The notes below the pieces were generated by a model. It was not told the DNA's origin. It saw nothing but the letters and a program-made list of their open reading frames with translations, and searched no databases. Made by a program: the position numbers and the translations under genes. Positions 1 through 15,599 of a stretch of DNA of 64,000 nt are shown here, piece after piece. The first letter of the stretch is position 1, and each line of letters begins with the position of its first letter. Source of the stretch: Octopus vulgaris (Eukaryota); assembly GCA_951406725.2 (NCBI GenBank), contig OX597837.1, positions 32,922,001 through 32,986,000 of the forward strand, given 5' to 3'.

Positions 1-43
1 AGGTATGTATGCATATGTTTATATGCATCTATGTGTATAGGTA

Positions 44-87
<44 letters not shown>

Positions 88-771
88 TATATATATATAT
101 ATATATATATGTATAACTATATATATGTATATGTATATATGTATAACTATATATACATGTATCTGTGTATGTATATATATATGTGTGTACAGATATGTAT
201 AAGGATATATACATATATATTTTATATATATATATATTTATATGTATGTGTGTATGTGTATTTTAATTTTTCCATCTGGTGTTTTTAAAACAGTAATTGA
301 TTCACCTTAAAGCGTATTTTTGTTGGTTGGTGCCATTGTTTAGAGATAGCTTCTGATTCTTCAACAAAAGCATCAAATACAGCAAGGAGAGGAGAAGGAT
401 GTCGGTGGGGAGGGCGAGGATGGTTTGTATGTATGTGTGGGTGCATGTGTGTGTGTGTGTTGGGGAGTAACCAATGGCAACGAGAACAATAACAAACATC
501 AAAGACAGATGAACATGTATGGAATGTCTTGCAAGGAAACAGACTCTGTTTCTGGTGGTGGTGGTGGTGGTGGTGATGTGTGTGTGTGTAAGTGTGCGTG
601 TAGGCCTGTGTTTATATGTGTGTGTAGGCCTGTGTGTAAGTGTGTTGTGTGTTTGTGTGTGTGTTGTTTCTGTTGGTGGTGGTGGTGGTGGTGGTGATGA
701 TGTGTGTGTGTGTGTAAGTGTGCGTATGGGCCCGTGTTTATATGTGTGTGTAGGCCTGTGTGTTGTGTGTT

Positions 772-820
<49 letters not shown>

Positions 821-1457
821 ATGAACATATGTGTGTAAGAGTAAATTCACTTTTAATAGGAATGCAGTGATAAAAATATAATGGTTTGCTAAAAGAACAT
901 TCAGTAGTTTATAAGTGTGTGTGTGTGTGTGTTTGTTTGTTTGTGTGTGAGTGAGTGTATGCATGCATCACTTTTTCTATTTGTTTTACAAGATTCTTGA
1001 TGTGAAATTGTGTGTTGAAACATATGTTTTTGTATTTTCGCAGTAAAAAACACATACACTGGTTCTATTTCACTTCTTATACTTATTATTATTATTAGTC
1101 AACCAGTTAACTAATTAACTAATTCACTAATCCTTGTATCCAGTTTGAACACACCATGACAAACTACAATGGTGGTGGTGGTGGTGGTGGTGGGGGGCTT
1201 GTCATTGATGAGATCACAAATGGTGATAGAAAAACTCTGACAAATCAATTAATTCATTGATCGATCAAGCAATTAGTCATTACATTGATTAGCTAAATGC
1301 TTAATTAATGAACTAGCTAAGTAATAATCACTGTATCCCTGTATGGCAATACTAGTGTATGTTAGATATCTTGTCCTAAATCATCTTCCCATCATCATGG
1401 AGGCCTTCAAAGTGGCTTTTTCCAATCTCTTGGATGCTCCTTGGTAACTGCATAGGT

Positions 1458-1682
1458 GAGCTGGCAGAAACGCTAGCGCGCCGGGCGAAATGCTTAGCGG
1501 TATTTCATCTGCCGCTACGTTCTGAGTTCGAATTCCGCTGAGTTCGACTTTGTCTTTCATCCTTTCGGGGTTGATTAAATAAGTACCAGTTACACACTGG
1601 GGTCGATATAATCGACTTAATCCGTTTGTTCGTCCTTGTTTATCCTCTCTGTGTTTAGCCCCTTGTGGGTAGTAAAGATGTC
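1458..1682 (+). mobile_element. SINE family C (tRNA head; GCCTTTCATCCTTTCGGGGTCGATAAA central domain, possibly Meta/MESC-type)
   Basis: GAGCTGGCAGAAAC head, B-box GAGTTCGAATTCC; 15-bp TSD ggtaactgcataggt at 1443-1457 and 1683-1697. Confidence 0.85.
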
Positions 1683-1699
1683 GGTAACTGCATAGGTCC

Positions 1700-2860
1700 A
1701 CCAGTCGTCTGTGAACTTTGCAGCATGTTCAGACCAGCAGCACTCACTCGTGTATTCTTCAGTATTCTTCAATCGCATCATTCTCTCCACTCCATTCTCA
1801 AATTACCTAGTTTTGAACATGCTCCCATAATGATATTCCTAGCATGGCTATCTTCATGGTCCTTTGCTTCACAGCCAATCGATGTTCTGTCCTCTTCATA
1901 GCAGACCACATCTCACTTGTGTATAAGAGCACAGGCAGGACAGTGTTATTAAAGAGCCTCATACATATGGGTTTGTCTAGCTTTATTTTGAGTATTTTTT
2001 TTTTTCTTTTACTTGTTTCAGTCATTTGACTGCGGCCATGCTGGAGCACCGCCTTTAGTCGAGCAAATCGACCCCGGGACTTATTCTTTGTAAGCCCAGT
2101 ACTTATTCTATTGGTCTCTTTTTGCCGAACCGCTAAGTGACGGGGACGTAAACACACCAGCATCGGTTGTCAAGCAATGCTAGGGGGACAAACACAGACA
2201 CACAAACACACATACATATATATATATACATATATACGACAGGCTTCTTTCAGTTTCCGTCTACCAAATCTACTCACAAGGCATTGGTCGACCCGGGGCT
2301 ATAGCAGAAGTCTAGCTTTATTGAGATAAATGCCTTCCATCCTACCATTGTTTTCTTTGAGATTTCAGCAACCATACCTCAGTGTATACCCATTGTGTAC
2401 CCTAATTAGACGTACTCCTTTACTTCCTCAATTTCATCGCTTCCCACCCCTATTCAGCTTTGTGCTGCATCTTGGGTCTGCCTGTGTTTTGTTTCCCTGC
2501 TGTTCATCTTAGGGCCTGCTGCTGAGCTAGGAGTGTCCTGCTGCGTCAGCATGGTCTGTGGCTGATCTGTGGTTTCGGCAGTGAGTATAAAGTCATCTGC
2601 ATTTTGGAGGTGTGTTAGGAGATTGTCATCAATGCTCACACCACCTGCACAGGCAATATCTCAGATGACCATTTCTAGACATGCAGTGAAGAGCTTTGAA
2701 GAGATAGTGCCTCCATGTTTGACCACCCTTCCCAATTGGAAATCTTACTGGCGGGGATAGTAGAACCATATCAGTTGTGCATCCAGAGTTTGCATCTCTG
2801 AGCAGTTTGATGCATTGTGCATTTACTGAGGTTTCAGCACTGCATTCATCTTGATGCTAT
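1700..2860 (-). pseudogene. Decayed RTE-clade non-LTR retrotransposon reverse transcriptase fragment
   Basis: Minus-strand peptides VKHGGTISSKLFTACLEM (cf. VRQGDTISPKLF), SIDDNLLTHLQNADDFIL (cf. LTHLRFADDIVL) and LFNNTVLPVLLYTSEMW...RLAVKQRTMKIAMLGISL (typical RTE post-RT region). Contains frameshifts and stops and is interrupted by a SINE. Confidence 0.8.
1995..2309 (-). mobile_element. SINE family A, 5'-truncated, inserted in the RTE fragment
   Basis: Matches the other family A copies; TSD gtctagctttatt at 1975-1987 and 2310-2322. Confidence 0.85.
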
Positions 2861-2861
2861 C

Positions 2862-2899
<38 letters not shown>

Positions 2900-2958
2900 T
2901 ATATCTATATTTGTGTGTATATATGCAAGTATGTTCATAGATGCATATATATAGTATA

Positions 2959-3338
2959 GGAGCACTCCGTCGGTTATGACGACGAGGGTTCCAGTCGATC
3001 CGAATCAACGGAACAGCCTGCTCGTGAAATTAACGTGTAAGTGGCTGAGCACTCCACAGACATGTGTACCCTTAATGTAGTTCTCGGGGATATTCAGCGT
3101 GACACAGAGAGTGACAAGGCCGGCCCCTTGAAATACAGGTACAACAGAAACAGGAAGTAAGAGTGAGAGAAAGTTGTGGTGAAAGAGTACAGCAGGGATC
3201 ACCACCATCCCTGCCGGAGCCTCGTGGAGTTTTAGGTGTTTTCGCTCAATAAACACTCACAACGCCCGGTCTGGGAATCGAAACCGCGATCCTATGACTG
3301 CGAATCCGCTTCCCTAACCACTGGGCCATTGCGCCTCC
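2959..3338 (-). mobile_element. SINE family B (tRNA-Arg-like head, octopus OR-type)
   Basis: Reverse complement begins GGAGGCGCAATGGCCCAGTGGTTAGGG with A- and B-box-like motifs; near identical to 28940-29325; flanked by a 40-bp direct repeat. Confidence 0.85.
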
Positions 3339-4303
3339 TTGTGTGTATATATGCAAGTATGTTCATAGATGCATATATGTATCTACAGGCATAATGATAA
3401 CACAAAAGATAAAAAAAAAACAAGTGCTGAATATTCAAAGAGGAGTGTTCACTGTCCACAGTGGCTGTGGTCAAGCGGAACCTCAAAGACATTGGTCAAA
3501 GCAATTTCAAGATGCTAGACAAATGACACTTATTTCAGGAAACAAATGGCACGAGGTGCTGGAGAGAAAACTGCCTTTTTGGCTAAATATGGTGGTGAGG
3601 AGACGACATTCATCCTCTACTTCTTTCCTCCATACTTTTATGCTATGCTACTCTCTTTCTCTCTCTCCCTCTCACTATTCTCTTTCTCTGCATCCATTCA
3701 TTGCTCTCCCTCATCCTCTTTAACCTCCCTCCTTCTCTTGCTGACCTTCCCTTACAATTTCACTGCCACCACTTCAAGTTTTTCCTCTCTTTCTCTGGAC
3801 CATCGCCACGACACTCCGCCAATTCTTTTTTTTTTTTTGTCACTGACCCTATCCTCCACAGCCCCTTTGACTCCCTGTCACCTTCATCTCCCTCTCTCTC
3901 TCTCCACTTCCCTGTCTCCCATCTTTATTTCTTCTCTCTCTCTCTCTTCTTTCTCTCTCCACTTCCCTGTCTCCCCATCTTTATTTCTCCTCTCTCTCTC
4001 GCTTTCTCTCTGCCCCCCCCTCATTCTGCAATCCCGCAACTGAAACCATTAAAAGAGCAAAAGAATATTGCAACCAGTAAAGTGGTTGGTTTTAGGAAGA
4101 ACATCAAGAGCCACAGAAACCAAGCGAAAAGCCAAACTTAGGAGTGAGATGCAGTCTGCCAATCTACATAGGAGGAAAGAGCAGCAATGACCTGTCCCAC
4201 CCATGCCAGCATGGGAAGCGGATGTAGAAAGTTGATCTTACACACTCACACACACACATAATATCACCACTCTTGTAAATGAATAGTAAACATACTTTGT
4301 CTA

Positions 4304-4714
4304 AGGAGTGGCTGTGTGGTAAGTAGCTAAGTAGCTTGCTAACCAACCACATGGTTCCGGGTTCAGTCCCACTACGTGGCATCTTGGGCAAGTGTCTTCT
4401 GCTATAGCCCCGGGCCGACCAATGCCTTGTGAGTGGATTTGGTAGACGGAAACTGAAAGAAGCCTCTCGTATATATGTATATATATATATGTGTGTGTGT
4501 GTGTTTGTGTGTCTGTGTTTGTCCCCCTAACATTGCTTGACAACCGATGCTGGTGTGTTTACGTCCCCGTCATCTAGCGGTTCGGCAAAAGAGACCAATA
4601 GAATAAGTACTGGGCTTACAAAGAATAAGTCCCGGGGTCGATTTGCTCAACTAAAGGCTGTGCTCCAGCACGGACGCAGTCAAATGACTGAAACAAGTAA
4701 AAGAGAGTAAAGAG
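4304..4714 (+). mobile_element. SINE family A (tRNA head, CORE-like CTTGGGCAAGT, internal (TA)/(TG)n, tail GACTGAAACAAGTAAAAGAG)
   Basis: Nearly full-length; high identity to 11128-11525 and 13135-13567. Confidence 0.9.
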
Positions 4715-6900
<2,186 letters not shown>

Positions 6901-7148
6901 TTTGTGTATATACGCGTACACGGCTGTAACTTTTTTGCCTCCCAGTTTTACTCAACTTCTGTTCTTCGGGGCGGGCGGGTGGGGGCGAATTTTGGAGAGG
7001 GGAGGGGGTAGATTGTCTTTCCTTCCTTCCTGCTTTGCTTTCTTGAAAATAATTCCCCTTTCGCCCTCCTCTAATTGTCTGCAGCTCTGAACCCACCTCC
7101 ATGTTTTAAGGGGGCATAATGTGATGAAGGGAAGCATTTTGGATCCAT

Positions 7149-7192
<44 letters not shown>

Positions 7193-7419
7193 TGTTTTAA
7201 CATCAACATCTCCATGCTTGTATGGGTCGGACGGAATTTGTCAAAGAGTTTTTTTTATTCCTATGGTTGGATGATTTTTGTGTCTTCAATCCTCACTCAC
7301 CTGTTTCCAAACAAGATATTTCCTCATTGAGAAAATCTGAAATGAAGGACATGCTTGCATTTCAGTGACACTTGCCTACAACTATCACACAATGTCAAAC
7401 TAAGGAGAGACAATTTCAC

Positions 7420-7998
7420 ACATCATCATCATCATCATCGTTTAACGTCCGTTCTCTATGCTAGCATGGGTTGGACGGTTCGACCGGGGATCTGGGAAGC
7501 CAGAAGGCTGCACCAGACTCCAGTCTTATCTGGCAATGTTTCTACAGCTGGATGCCCTTCCTAACGCCAACCACTCTGTGAGTGTAGTGGGTGCTTGTTA
7601 CGTGCCACCCGCACAGGTGCCAGGCGAGGCTGGCAACGGGCACGGTCGGATTGGTGCATTTTACATGCCACCGGCACGGAAGCCAGTCGAGGCGGCGCTG
7701 GCATCGGCCACGATTCGGATGGTGCTTTTTACATGCCACCAGTCCAGTGGTCCTGGCATCTGCCGGGTGCCAGTCATAGGATTGGTTCAATTTCGATTCC
7801 GATTTCGATTTCGATTTCACTTGCCCCAACATGTCTTCGCAAGCAGAGGGGGTTGGCATGGGTGCCTGTTGTCGGATGAGGTTCGATATCGACTTCGCTT
7901 GCCTCAACAGGTCTTTGTGTCCAAGGGAGGAAAGGCATGCATAAGTTGGCTGGGCTCACTTGTCCTGCCTGGACTTCTCACGTACAGCATATTTCCAA
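7420..7998 (-). mobile_element. Retroposon family D ((GAT)n-tailed, GGCGTTAGGAAGGGCATCCAGCTGTAGAAAC motif), long variant
   Basis: (CAT)n followed by GTTTAACGTCCG...CATGGGTTGGACGG; near identical to 55578-56020. Confidence 0.8.
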
Positions 7999-8001
7999 AG
8001 A

Positions 8002-8098
8002 AATTAATAACATTCTTTTATTTAAAACCACTACAATTGTTTCAATGCTTGTTTTGAAACATTTGTAGTGATTTTAAAAATAAAGAATGTCATTAATT
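8002..8098. repeat. Imperfect ~45-bp-arm inverted repeat carrying the GAAACAATTGTAGTG motif
   Basis: 8002-8045 is the reverse complement of 8054-8098 with a few mismatches. Confidence 0.75.
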
Positions 8099-8284
8099 CC
8101 ATTTTCTTTCATTTGACTATTTATCTGAACTTTGCAGATAATATGGAATCCCTGATGTATATCCAGTAGCTGGAACATTTCAACTGTTTGTTGACATCAG
8201 GTAGCCAATAATTATGGACGAGCTTTGCTCAACATTCTACAAGGTTTTTACCAGAATCTCAATTAATATATACATAAATATATA

Positions 8285-8670
8285 GGCATGCCTGTGTAAT
8301 GGAGAAGATTGCTTTGCCACCTTGGGGTTTCTGGTTCGGTTACATTGTATGCCACTTTGAGCAGATATCTTCTGTAGGGCCCAGGTTGACCAAGGCTTTG
8401 TCAGGGAATTTGGTCATTTGAAACTGAAAGAAGCCCATCATATGTATGTGTGCGTGTTTGTTGCAGGAAGGGTTATTGTTGCATTTGTTTGTCCTCCTAC
8501 CAGTGTTGGTTTGTTTACATTCCTGTAACTGAGTGGGTCAGCAAAAGAGACTGATTGAAAATGTACCGGGTCTAAAATGTCAATTGTGGTTCATTTGTAT
8601 CGACTAAACCCTTTAAGGAGGTGCTCTAGTATGGCCACACTTCAATGAGCAAAAGAGGTAGGAAAATAAG
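8285..8670 (+). mobile_element. SINE family A, old and diverged
   Basis: Degenerate match (AAACTGAAAGAAGCCC, GGTGCTCTAGTATGGCC). Confidence 0.65.
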
Positions 8671-8701
8671 AGTATACTAATACATACACACACACACACA
8701 C

Positions 8702-8736
<35 letters not shown>

Positions 8737-8748
8737 TGTATATATACG

Positions 8749-8779
<31 letters not shown>

Positions 8780-8894
8780 GTATGTGTATATATATATATA
8801 TATATAATTTACTTGGAAGAGAATGTGTGGTGTTCAATCATATAATAATATATAACATATATATATATATGCACATACATATATGTACATACTT

Positions 8895-8945
<51 letters not shown>

Positions 8946-9597
8946 TATTTGGGCACAGGACATCATGAAACATGTACAACAAAAAATACAAAGTACGAGT
9001 ACCTGGAATATGAACTATTCTTTGAAACAACAAAAGACACAAATGGAAAACAAGACAAACAGCACAAAGAACGACCCTTCATCAGTTGTTGGTTGCTTTT
9101 CTAATCTCATATTTCGAGCATTTAACAATAATATATGCTTTCAATAAAACAGTTGCACCTGCAAAGCAAATTAAATAAAATTTGAGATTTTGCAGAGGGT
9201 CAAAATTGGTAACACAAACAGGACAGCGAAAACAAACAGGAAGGGCTGCTAAGCCTAAACAAGGTTGGCAGGAGACAAACAAGAACATGTCTTCCTTGTT
9301 CCAGTTACAACGGAGAGAAAGAAAAAAAAACAGAAGTTAGGAGAAGAAAGAAAGATGGCCGAAGGTCACATGGGAACCACATGGTTTTTGTGTTAGGAAG
9401 CGCATCTTGCTATAGGAGCCATGCCAAAACTGATACACTGGAGCAAGACTGCTTCTATAATCAATTAGTTCTTATTGGAACGTCCAACCCATGCCAGCAT
9501 GGAAAATCGATTGAAAGATGATGATGCTGATGATTATGATGATGATGATAATGATGATGATTGTGTGCATGCATGTGTGTGTTTGTGTGTGTGTGCA

Positions 9598-9629
<32 letters not shown>

Positions 9630-9868
9630 CGCACGTGCGTGTTTATGAATAAAATCTAAAATCTAAAGAATTCATTTTCTGCATTTTCTGCACAGATTTC
9701 CAGGATTTTCCCCCAATGCATATGCACAGACAGACAGTGTTCTTTTGTGCCCCCAAAATCCATCAAATTGACGCTGCATTGATTTCGCAAAACAAGACAC
9801 AATGGATTGCAATTCAAAGAATGAATATGCAGAAATCGCTTTCCACAATATTATTACAATTCCCTCTT

Positions 9869-10655
9869 CCACAACCACAACCACTACCACCACCACCACC
9901 ACCACAACCACCACCACATCCACCACCATCACCACCACTACCACCACCACCACCACCACTACCACCACCACCACCACTACCATCTCCACCACCACCACCA
10001 TCACCACCACTGCCACCACCACCACCACCACCACCACCACCACAACTACCACCATCACCACCACCACCTCCACCACCACCACCACCACCACCACCATCAC
10101 CACTGCCACCACAACCACTACCACCACCACCACAACCACCACACCACCACCACCACTACAGCCACCACCAACACCACAACCACCACCACCACAACCACCA
10201 CCACTACCACCACCACCACCACTACCACCACCACCACCACCACAACCACCACAACCACCACCACAACCACCACCACCACCATCACTACCACCACCACCAC
10301 CACCACAACCACCACCACCACAAACACCACCACCACCACCACCACCACCACCACTACCACCACTACCACCATCACCATCACCATCACCACCACCACCACC
10401 ACCACCACCACCACCACCACCACCACCACCACCACAGCCACCACCACCACCACTACCACCACCACCACAACCACCACTACCACCACCACCACAAACACCA
10501 CCACCACCACCACCACCACCACTACCACCACTACCACCATCACCATCACCATCACCACCACCACCACCACCACTACCACCACCACCACCACCACCACCAC
10601 CACCACCACCACCACCACCACCACCACCACCACCACCACCACTACTACTACTACA
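9869..10655. repeat. Degenerate (CCA)n trinucleotide tract, ~790 bp
   Basis: Visible directly. Confidence 0.95.
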
Positions 10656-11127
10656 ATCATTTTTATCAATATCCCTAGCTATATATTTTGACTTCTTTCT
10701 TGAAATCGCATAACCTTCCTCATTATTGATAATCCTAACCATTTTCGTTCCAATCTCGAATGTGTTTTGAATCAATAACCGCTAGATTTCACTCTTCAAT
10801 TGACATTTATGAATAAATTTAATTAATATGTTGATATTTATAAAGTGATAGTTTGACTATCCATTAATTTTCTGTCAATTCTTCATCACTTTTCATTTCA
10901 ATGGTCTCATTGAAATCCCTGACAACGAGCAAAAGGATCCACCTATTGTATATACACAACATGCTAGAAATAGCAGTCAAATCTATGGGTGCTTTTGGGA
11001 GTTTTTTTATTTTCTTCTTTTTTGTCACTACTTTCATTGCTTTGGGTCATAAATATGAGATAATATTTGCAAGAACTTAATTTACAAGGTTTATACAAAA
11101 GCTAAAAAAAGGAAGGCTACTGTAATA

Positions 11128-11525
11128 GGCGCAGGAGTGGCTGTGTGGTAAGTAGCTTGCTAACCAGCCACATGGTTCCGGGTTCAGTCCCACTGCGTGG
11201 CATCTTGAGCAAGTGTCTTCTGCTATAGCCCCGGGCCGACCAATGCCTTGTGAGTGGATTTGGTAGACGGAAACTGAAAGAAGCTTGTCGTATATATGTA
11301 TATATATATGTGTTTGTGTGTCTGTGTTTGTCCTCCTAGCATTACTTGACAACCGATGCTGGTGTGTTTACGTCCCCGTCACTTAGCGGTTCGGCAAAAA
11401 GAGACCGATAGAATAAGTACTGGGCTTACAAAGAATAAGTCCCGGGGTCGATTTGCTCGACTAAAGGCGGTGCTCCAGCATGGCCGCAGTCAAATGACTG
11501 AAACAAGTAAAAGAGTAAAAGAGAG
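11128..11525 (+). mobile_element. SINE family A, full length
   Basis: GGCGCAGGAGTGGCTGTGTGG...GGTTCAGTCCC...GACTGAAACAAGTAAAAGAG. Confidence 0.9.
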
Positions 11526-11704
11526 AGAGAGAAATTAATGAAAAACAAACAGATTTATTGCTTTACTCCCAAAATTAAACGAAATATGACTTTGTGATTT
11601 CAGGTTCAATCCCACTGGAAGGTACCTCAGACAAGTGTCTTCTACAATGGCCTCAGGCCAACCAAGCGTATTGAGTACTATTTTCTTGCATTTGCTCTCT
11701 CACT

Positions 11705-12200
11705 CATCATCATCATCATCGTTTAACGTCCGTTTTCCACGCTAGCATGGGTTGGACGGTTCGACCGGGGTCTGGGAAGCCAGGGGCTGCACCAGGCTCC
11801 AGTCTGATCTGGCAGTGTTTCTACAGCTGGATGCCCTTCCTAATGCCAACCACTCCGCGAGTGTAGTTGCTCATGTGTATATAAATGATGATGATGATGG
11901 TGATGGTGATGGTGATGGTGATGATGATTATGATCTTCATTGTCATTTAATGTCTGTTTTTCGTGCTGGTATGGGTTGGATAGGCTGACAAGAGCTGGCA
12001 TGGCAGAGGGCTGTGCCAAGCTCTGTTGTCTCTTTTGGTATGGTTTCTACTGCTCGATGCCCTTCCTAACATGCCAACCACTTTACAAAGTGTACTGGGT
12101 ACTCTGGGTACAGAGTGTACTGGGTACTTTTTCTGTGGAACGAGCACTGGTGGGGGTTACCAAGTAACCTGCAGGACAAGGCAAAGACCCTTTTACTAGG
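11705..12200 (-). mobile_element. Two family D retroposon 3' fragments
   Basis: (CAT)n plus GTTTAACGTCCG at 11705; a second diverged copy starts near 11935. Confidence 0.7.
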
Positions 12201-12579
12201 GCGAGTCATATTGATGGAGGTGACTTTGTGCCAATTGATAAAAGATTAAAAGAACAATGAAGGGAGAGAGTTAAGTGTCTTGCTGTAGATGAGATGCGAG
12301 GATATCCGAGTTGGAGAAGAAGGGAGAAGGAGAGACTTAGAAAGACAGAGATGGAGAGAGAGAGTGGGGGATATGTGTCAGGGCATACCCTCAAAGCACA
12401 GTGTATGAGGGGAATATAGGTGAAGTGATTCAGACAATTGGACTGGGTAGAGGAAACTGATGAGAGAATGATGATGATGATGATGTTGATATATATATAT
12501 ATATATATATATATATTCTTTTATTCATTGGAAAATCGATGATGATAATGATGATGATTATATTTGTACATCAGTTGTT

Positions 12580-13000
12580 GCAGTCATTTGACTGTAGCCC
12601 TGCTGGAGCACAACCTTTAAGGGGGTTTTATAGTCAAAGAAATCAACCCCAAGACTTATTCTTTGTTTGCCAGGTTCTTATTCTATTGGTCTCTTTTTGC
12701 CAAACTTGCTAAGTTACGGGGACATAAACTCACCAACATCGGTTGTGAAACGGTGGTAGGGGGACAAACACAGTCACAAAGACGTACACACATAAATACC
12801 ATCATCATTATCATCATCATCTTCATCATCATCATCATGTATATATACGAGAAGCTTCTTTCAGTTTCCGTCTATTGAATCCCCATCGCAAGGCTTCGGT
12901 CAGTTTGAGGCTATTAGTAGAAGACACTTGCTCAAGGTTCAGAGGGACTGAACCCAGAACCATGTGGTTGAGAAGCAAGTTTCTTACCAAACAGCCACGT
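12580..13000 (-). mobile_element. SINE family A, diverged
   Basis: CAGTCATTTGACTG...GGACTGAACCCAGAACCATGTGG. Confidence 0.75.
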
Positions 13001-13134
13001 CTGCAAAAAAATACTTGAATACTGTCACAATAGTTCAAGAAAGATTTACTTCAAACGTATTTATATTAAGAAAATAATTTTTTGTCAACGAAAGCACTTA
13101 ATGATATGTAAACTTCTTGCCAAAATGTTTGCCT

Positions 13135-13359
13135 CTCTCTTTTACTCTCTTTTACTTGTTTCAGTCATTTGACTGCGGCCATGCTGGAGCACCGCCTTTA
13201 ATCGAGCAACTCGACCCCGGGACTTATTCTTTTGTAAGCCCAGTACTTATTCTATCGGTCTCTTTTGCCGAACCGCTAAGTAACGGGGACATAAACACAC
13301 CAGCATCGGTTGTCAAGCAATGCTAGGGGGACAAACACAGACACACAAACACACACACG

Positions 13360-13401
<42 letters not shown>

Positions 13402-13567
13402 TACGACGGGCTTCTTTTCAGTTTCCGTCTACCAAATCCACTCACAAGGCTTTGGTCGGCCCGAGGCTATAGTAGAAGACACTTGCCCAAGGTGCCACGC
13501 AGTGGGACTGAACCCGGAACCATGTGGTTAGTAAACAAGCTACTTACCACACAGCCACTCCTGCGCC
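13135..13567 (-). mobile_element. SINE family A, full length
   Basis: Ends CACACAGCCACTCCTGCGCC (reverse complement of the head). Confidence 0.9.
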
Positions 13568-13884
13568 TCTCTTCAGGTTTTCAAAAAAATTTGGCCAAAG
13601 GTGTTCTTCACCATTTTACCCTCAAGAATTTCTTTTTACATTTTCTGTCTCTATTTCATCCTCTCTTCCCATTATTTTCCATTTAAATCTCACCCATCCA
13701 CCCCTCCCATAACTAATTAATTTCTTCTGTGTGTCTCCCCACCTCCCTCTCTCTCCCCATTTCATCCACCCTACCTTTCTCCCCCTTTCACACTTGTCAC
13801 TCATCCACCCCTTCACTTTTCGTTACTGGACCTCCTATGGTACAGGCCTTTATCTTGCAGGTACCTGTAATGTATGTGTGTGTG

Positions 13885-13924
<40 letters not shown>

Positions 13925-14335
13925 CGTGTGTGTGTGTGTGTGTGTGTGCGTATGTGTGTGTGTGTATGTGTGTGTGTGTGTGTGTTTAGGGTTAAGGGTT
14001 AGTCTGTCTGACTGTCTGTCTCTAAGTGAAGGTATTTGTGAGTTGTGTGGGAGTCGTGTGTGTGTATATATTAGTTTGTGGAAGGGATTATGCGTTTATG
14101 TGTGTGTATGTGGGGACATCATTCGGGGATTTGAAAATGGACCCCTCCCCACTTCACTAAAAAGAAAAAATTAGAGTAATTGATTGTGGTATTTTAGGAA
14201 TTTCTAATTAAATTTAATCCAAAACTAAAGAAATTATGGCATAGGTGGTGGTAGTAGGGGTGCAGACTCTTGGCATTGTGTTGGTAGGGAAGGGGTTAAT
14301 TGTGGTTTCGTGTTGAGAGAGTGATATAGTGGTAG

Positions 14336-14799
14336 TGGTGGTGATGGTGGTGGTGGTTGTGATATTGGGGGTAGGCAGTTGTGGTGGTAGTTGTTTTTGT
14401 GTTGTACGATAGGGGTGGTTGTGATTAGTTGTTGATGAGGGTGTTGTGGTGGTGGTGATGGTGGTGGTATTGTGATATTGGGGGTAGGCAGTTGTGGTGG
14501 TAGTTGTTTTTGTGTTGTAGGGGTGGTTGTGATTAGTTGTTGATGAGGGTGTTGTGGTGGTGGTGATGGTGGTGGTATTGTGATATTGGGGGTAGGCAGT
14601 TGTGGTGGTAGTTGTTTTTGCGTTGTAGGGGTGGTTGTGATTAGTTGTTGATGAGGGTGTTGTGGTGGTGGTGATGGTGGTGGTATTGTGATATTGGGGG
14701 TAGGCAGTTGTGGTGGTAGTTGTTTTTGCGTTGTAGGGGTGGTTGTGATTAGTTGTTGATGAGGGTGTTGTGGTGGTGGTGATGGTGGGGGTATTGTGA
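14336..14799. repeat. GT-rich minisatellite, 108-bp unit, about 4.3 copies
   Basis: gatattgggggtaggcag recurs at 14361, 14474, 14582 and 14690. Confidence 0.9.
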
Positions 14800-15092
14800 G
14801 GGTTCGAGTCTGCTGTTGAGGAACGACATTGTGGTTTGGTATTGGGAAGGGCTGTGGTTTTGGTATTAGGGAGCTTTGTGTGTTTTGGGGTTGGCTATAA
14901 TTGGGGATTTAGTTGTTTAAGTTACATATGGGTTTTTCAGACATAGGCCCGGGAAGGAGCAGGGTGTGCAAGAGGGGTGTGAGAAGATGCCCTAAAAGTG
15001 TTTTGAGAGGCAATGAAAATGCTTTGAACATCTTCCACGAAAACTTCATCACCAAAACAAACGAGGAGCACTTGAACATTTTGTGACTGATT

Positions 15093-15478
15093 TACTCTTA
15101 CTCTTTTACTCTTTTACTTGTTTCAGTCATTTGACTGCGGCCACGCTGGAGCACCGCCTTTAATCGAGCAACTCAACCCCGGGATTTATTCTTTTGTAAG
15201 CCCAGTACTTATTCTATCGGTCTCTTTTTGCCGAACCGCTAAGTAACGGGGACATAAACACACCAGCATCAGTTGTCAAGCAATGCTAGGGGGCACAAAC
15301 ACAGACACACAAACACACACACGCATATATATATATACATATATATATACGGCGGGCTTCTTTCAGTTTCCGTCTACCAAATCCACTCACAAGGCTTTGG
15401 TCGGCCCGAGGCTATAGTAGAAGACACTAACCCAAGGTGCCACGCAGTGGGACTGAACCCGGAACCATGTGGTTGGCA
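15093..15478 (-). mobile_element. SINE family A, missing the first ~35 nt
   Basis: High identity to 13135-13567. Confidence 0.85.
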
Positions 15479-15599
15479 ACTATTCCAATGTTGGGTTTAT
15501 CTGATTTGACTGATGTACAAATATAATCAACATCATCATCATCATTGTCATCATCATCATCATCATCACCACCATCACCACCACCACCACCACCACCAT

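Noticed and set aside
7458-8057. Recurrent ORFs such as MLAWVGRFD...LDALPNANHS (also at 29545, 51418, 55616)
   Set aside because: Antisense translations of non-coding family D repeats, with frames not conserved between copies.
9672-10775. Long ORFs of 300-367 aa (polyG/V/P/H/T)
   Set aside because: Open in several frames on both strands only because (CCA)n lacks stops; no domain and no splice evidence.
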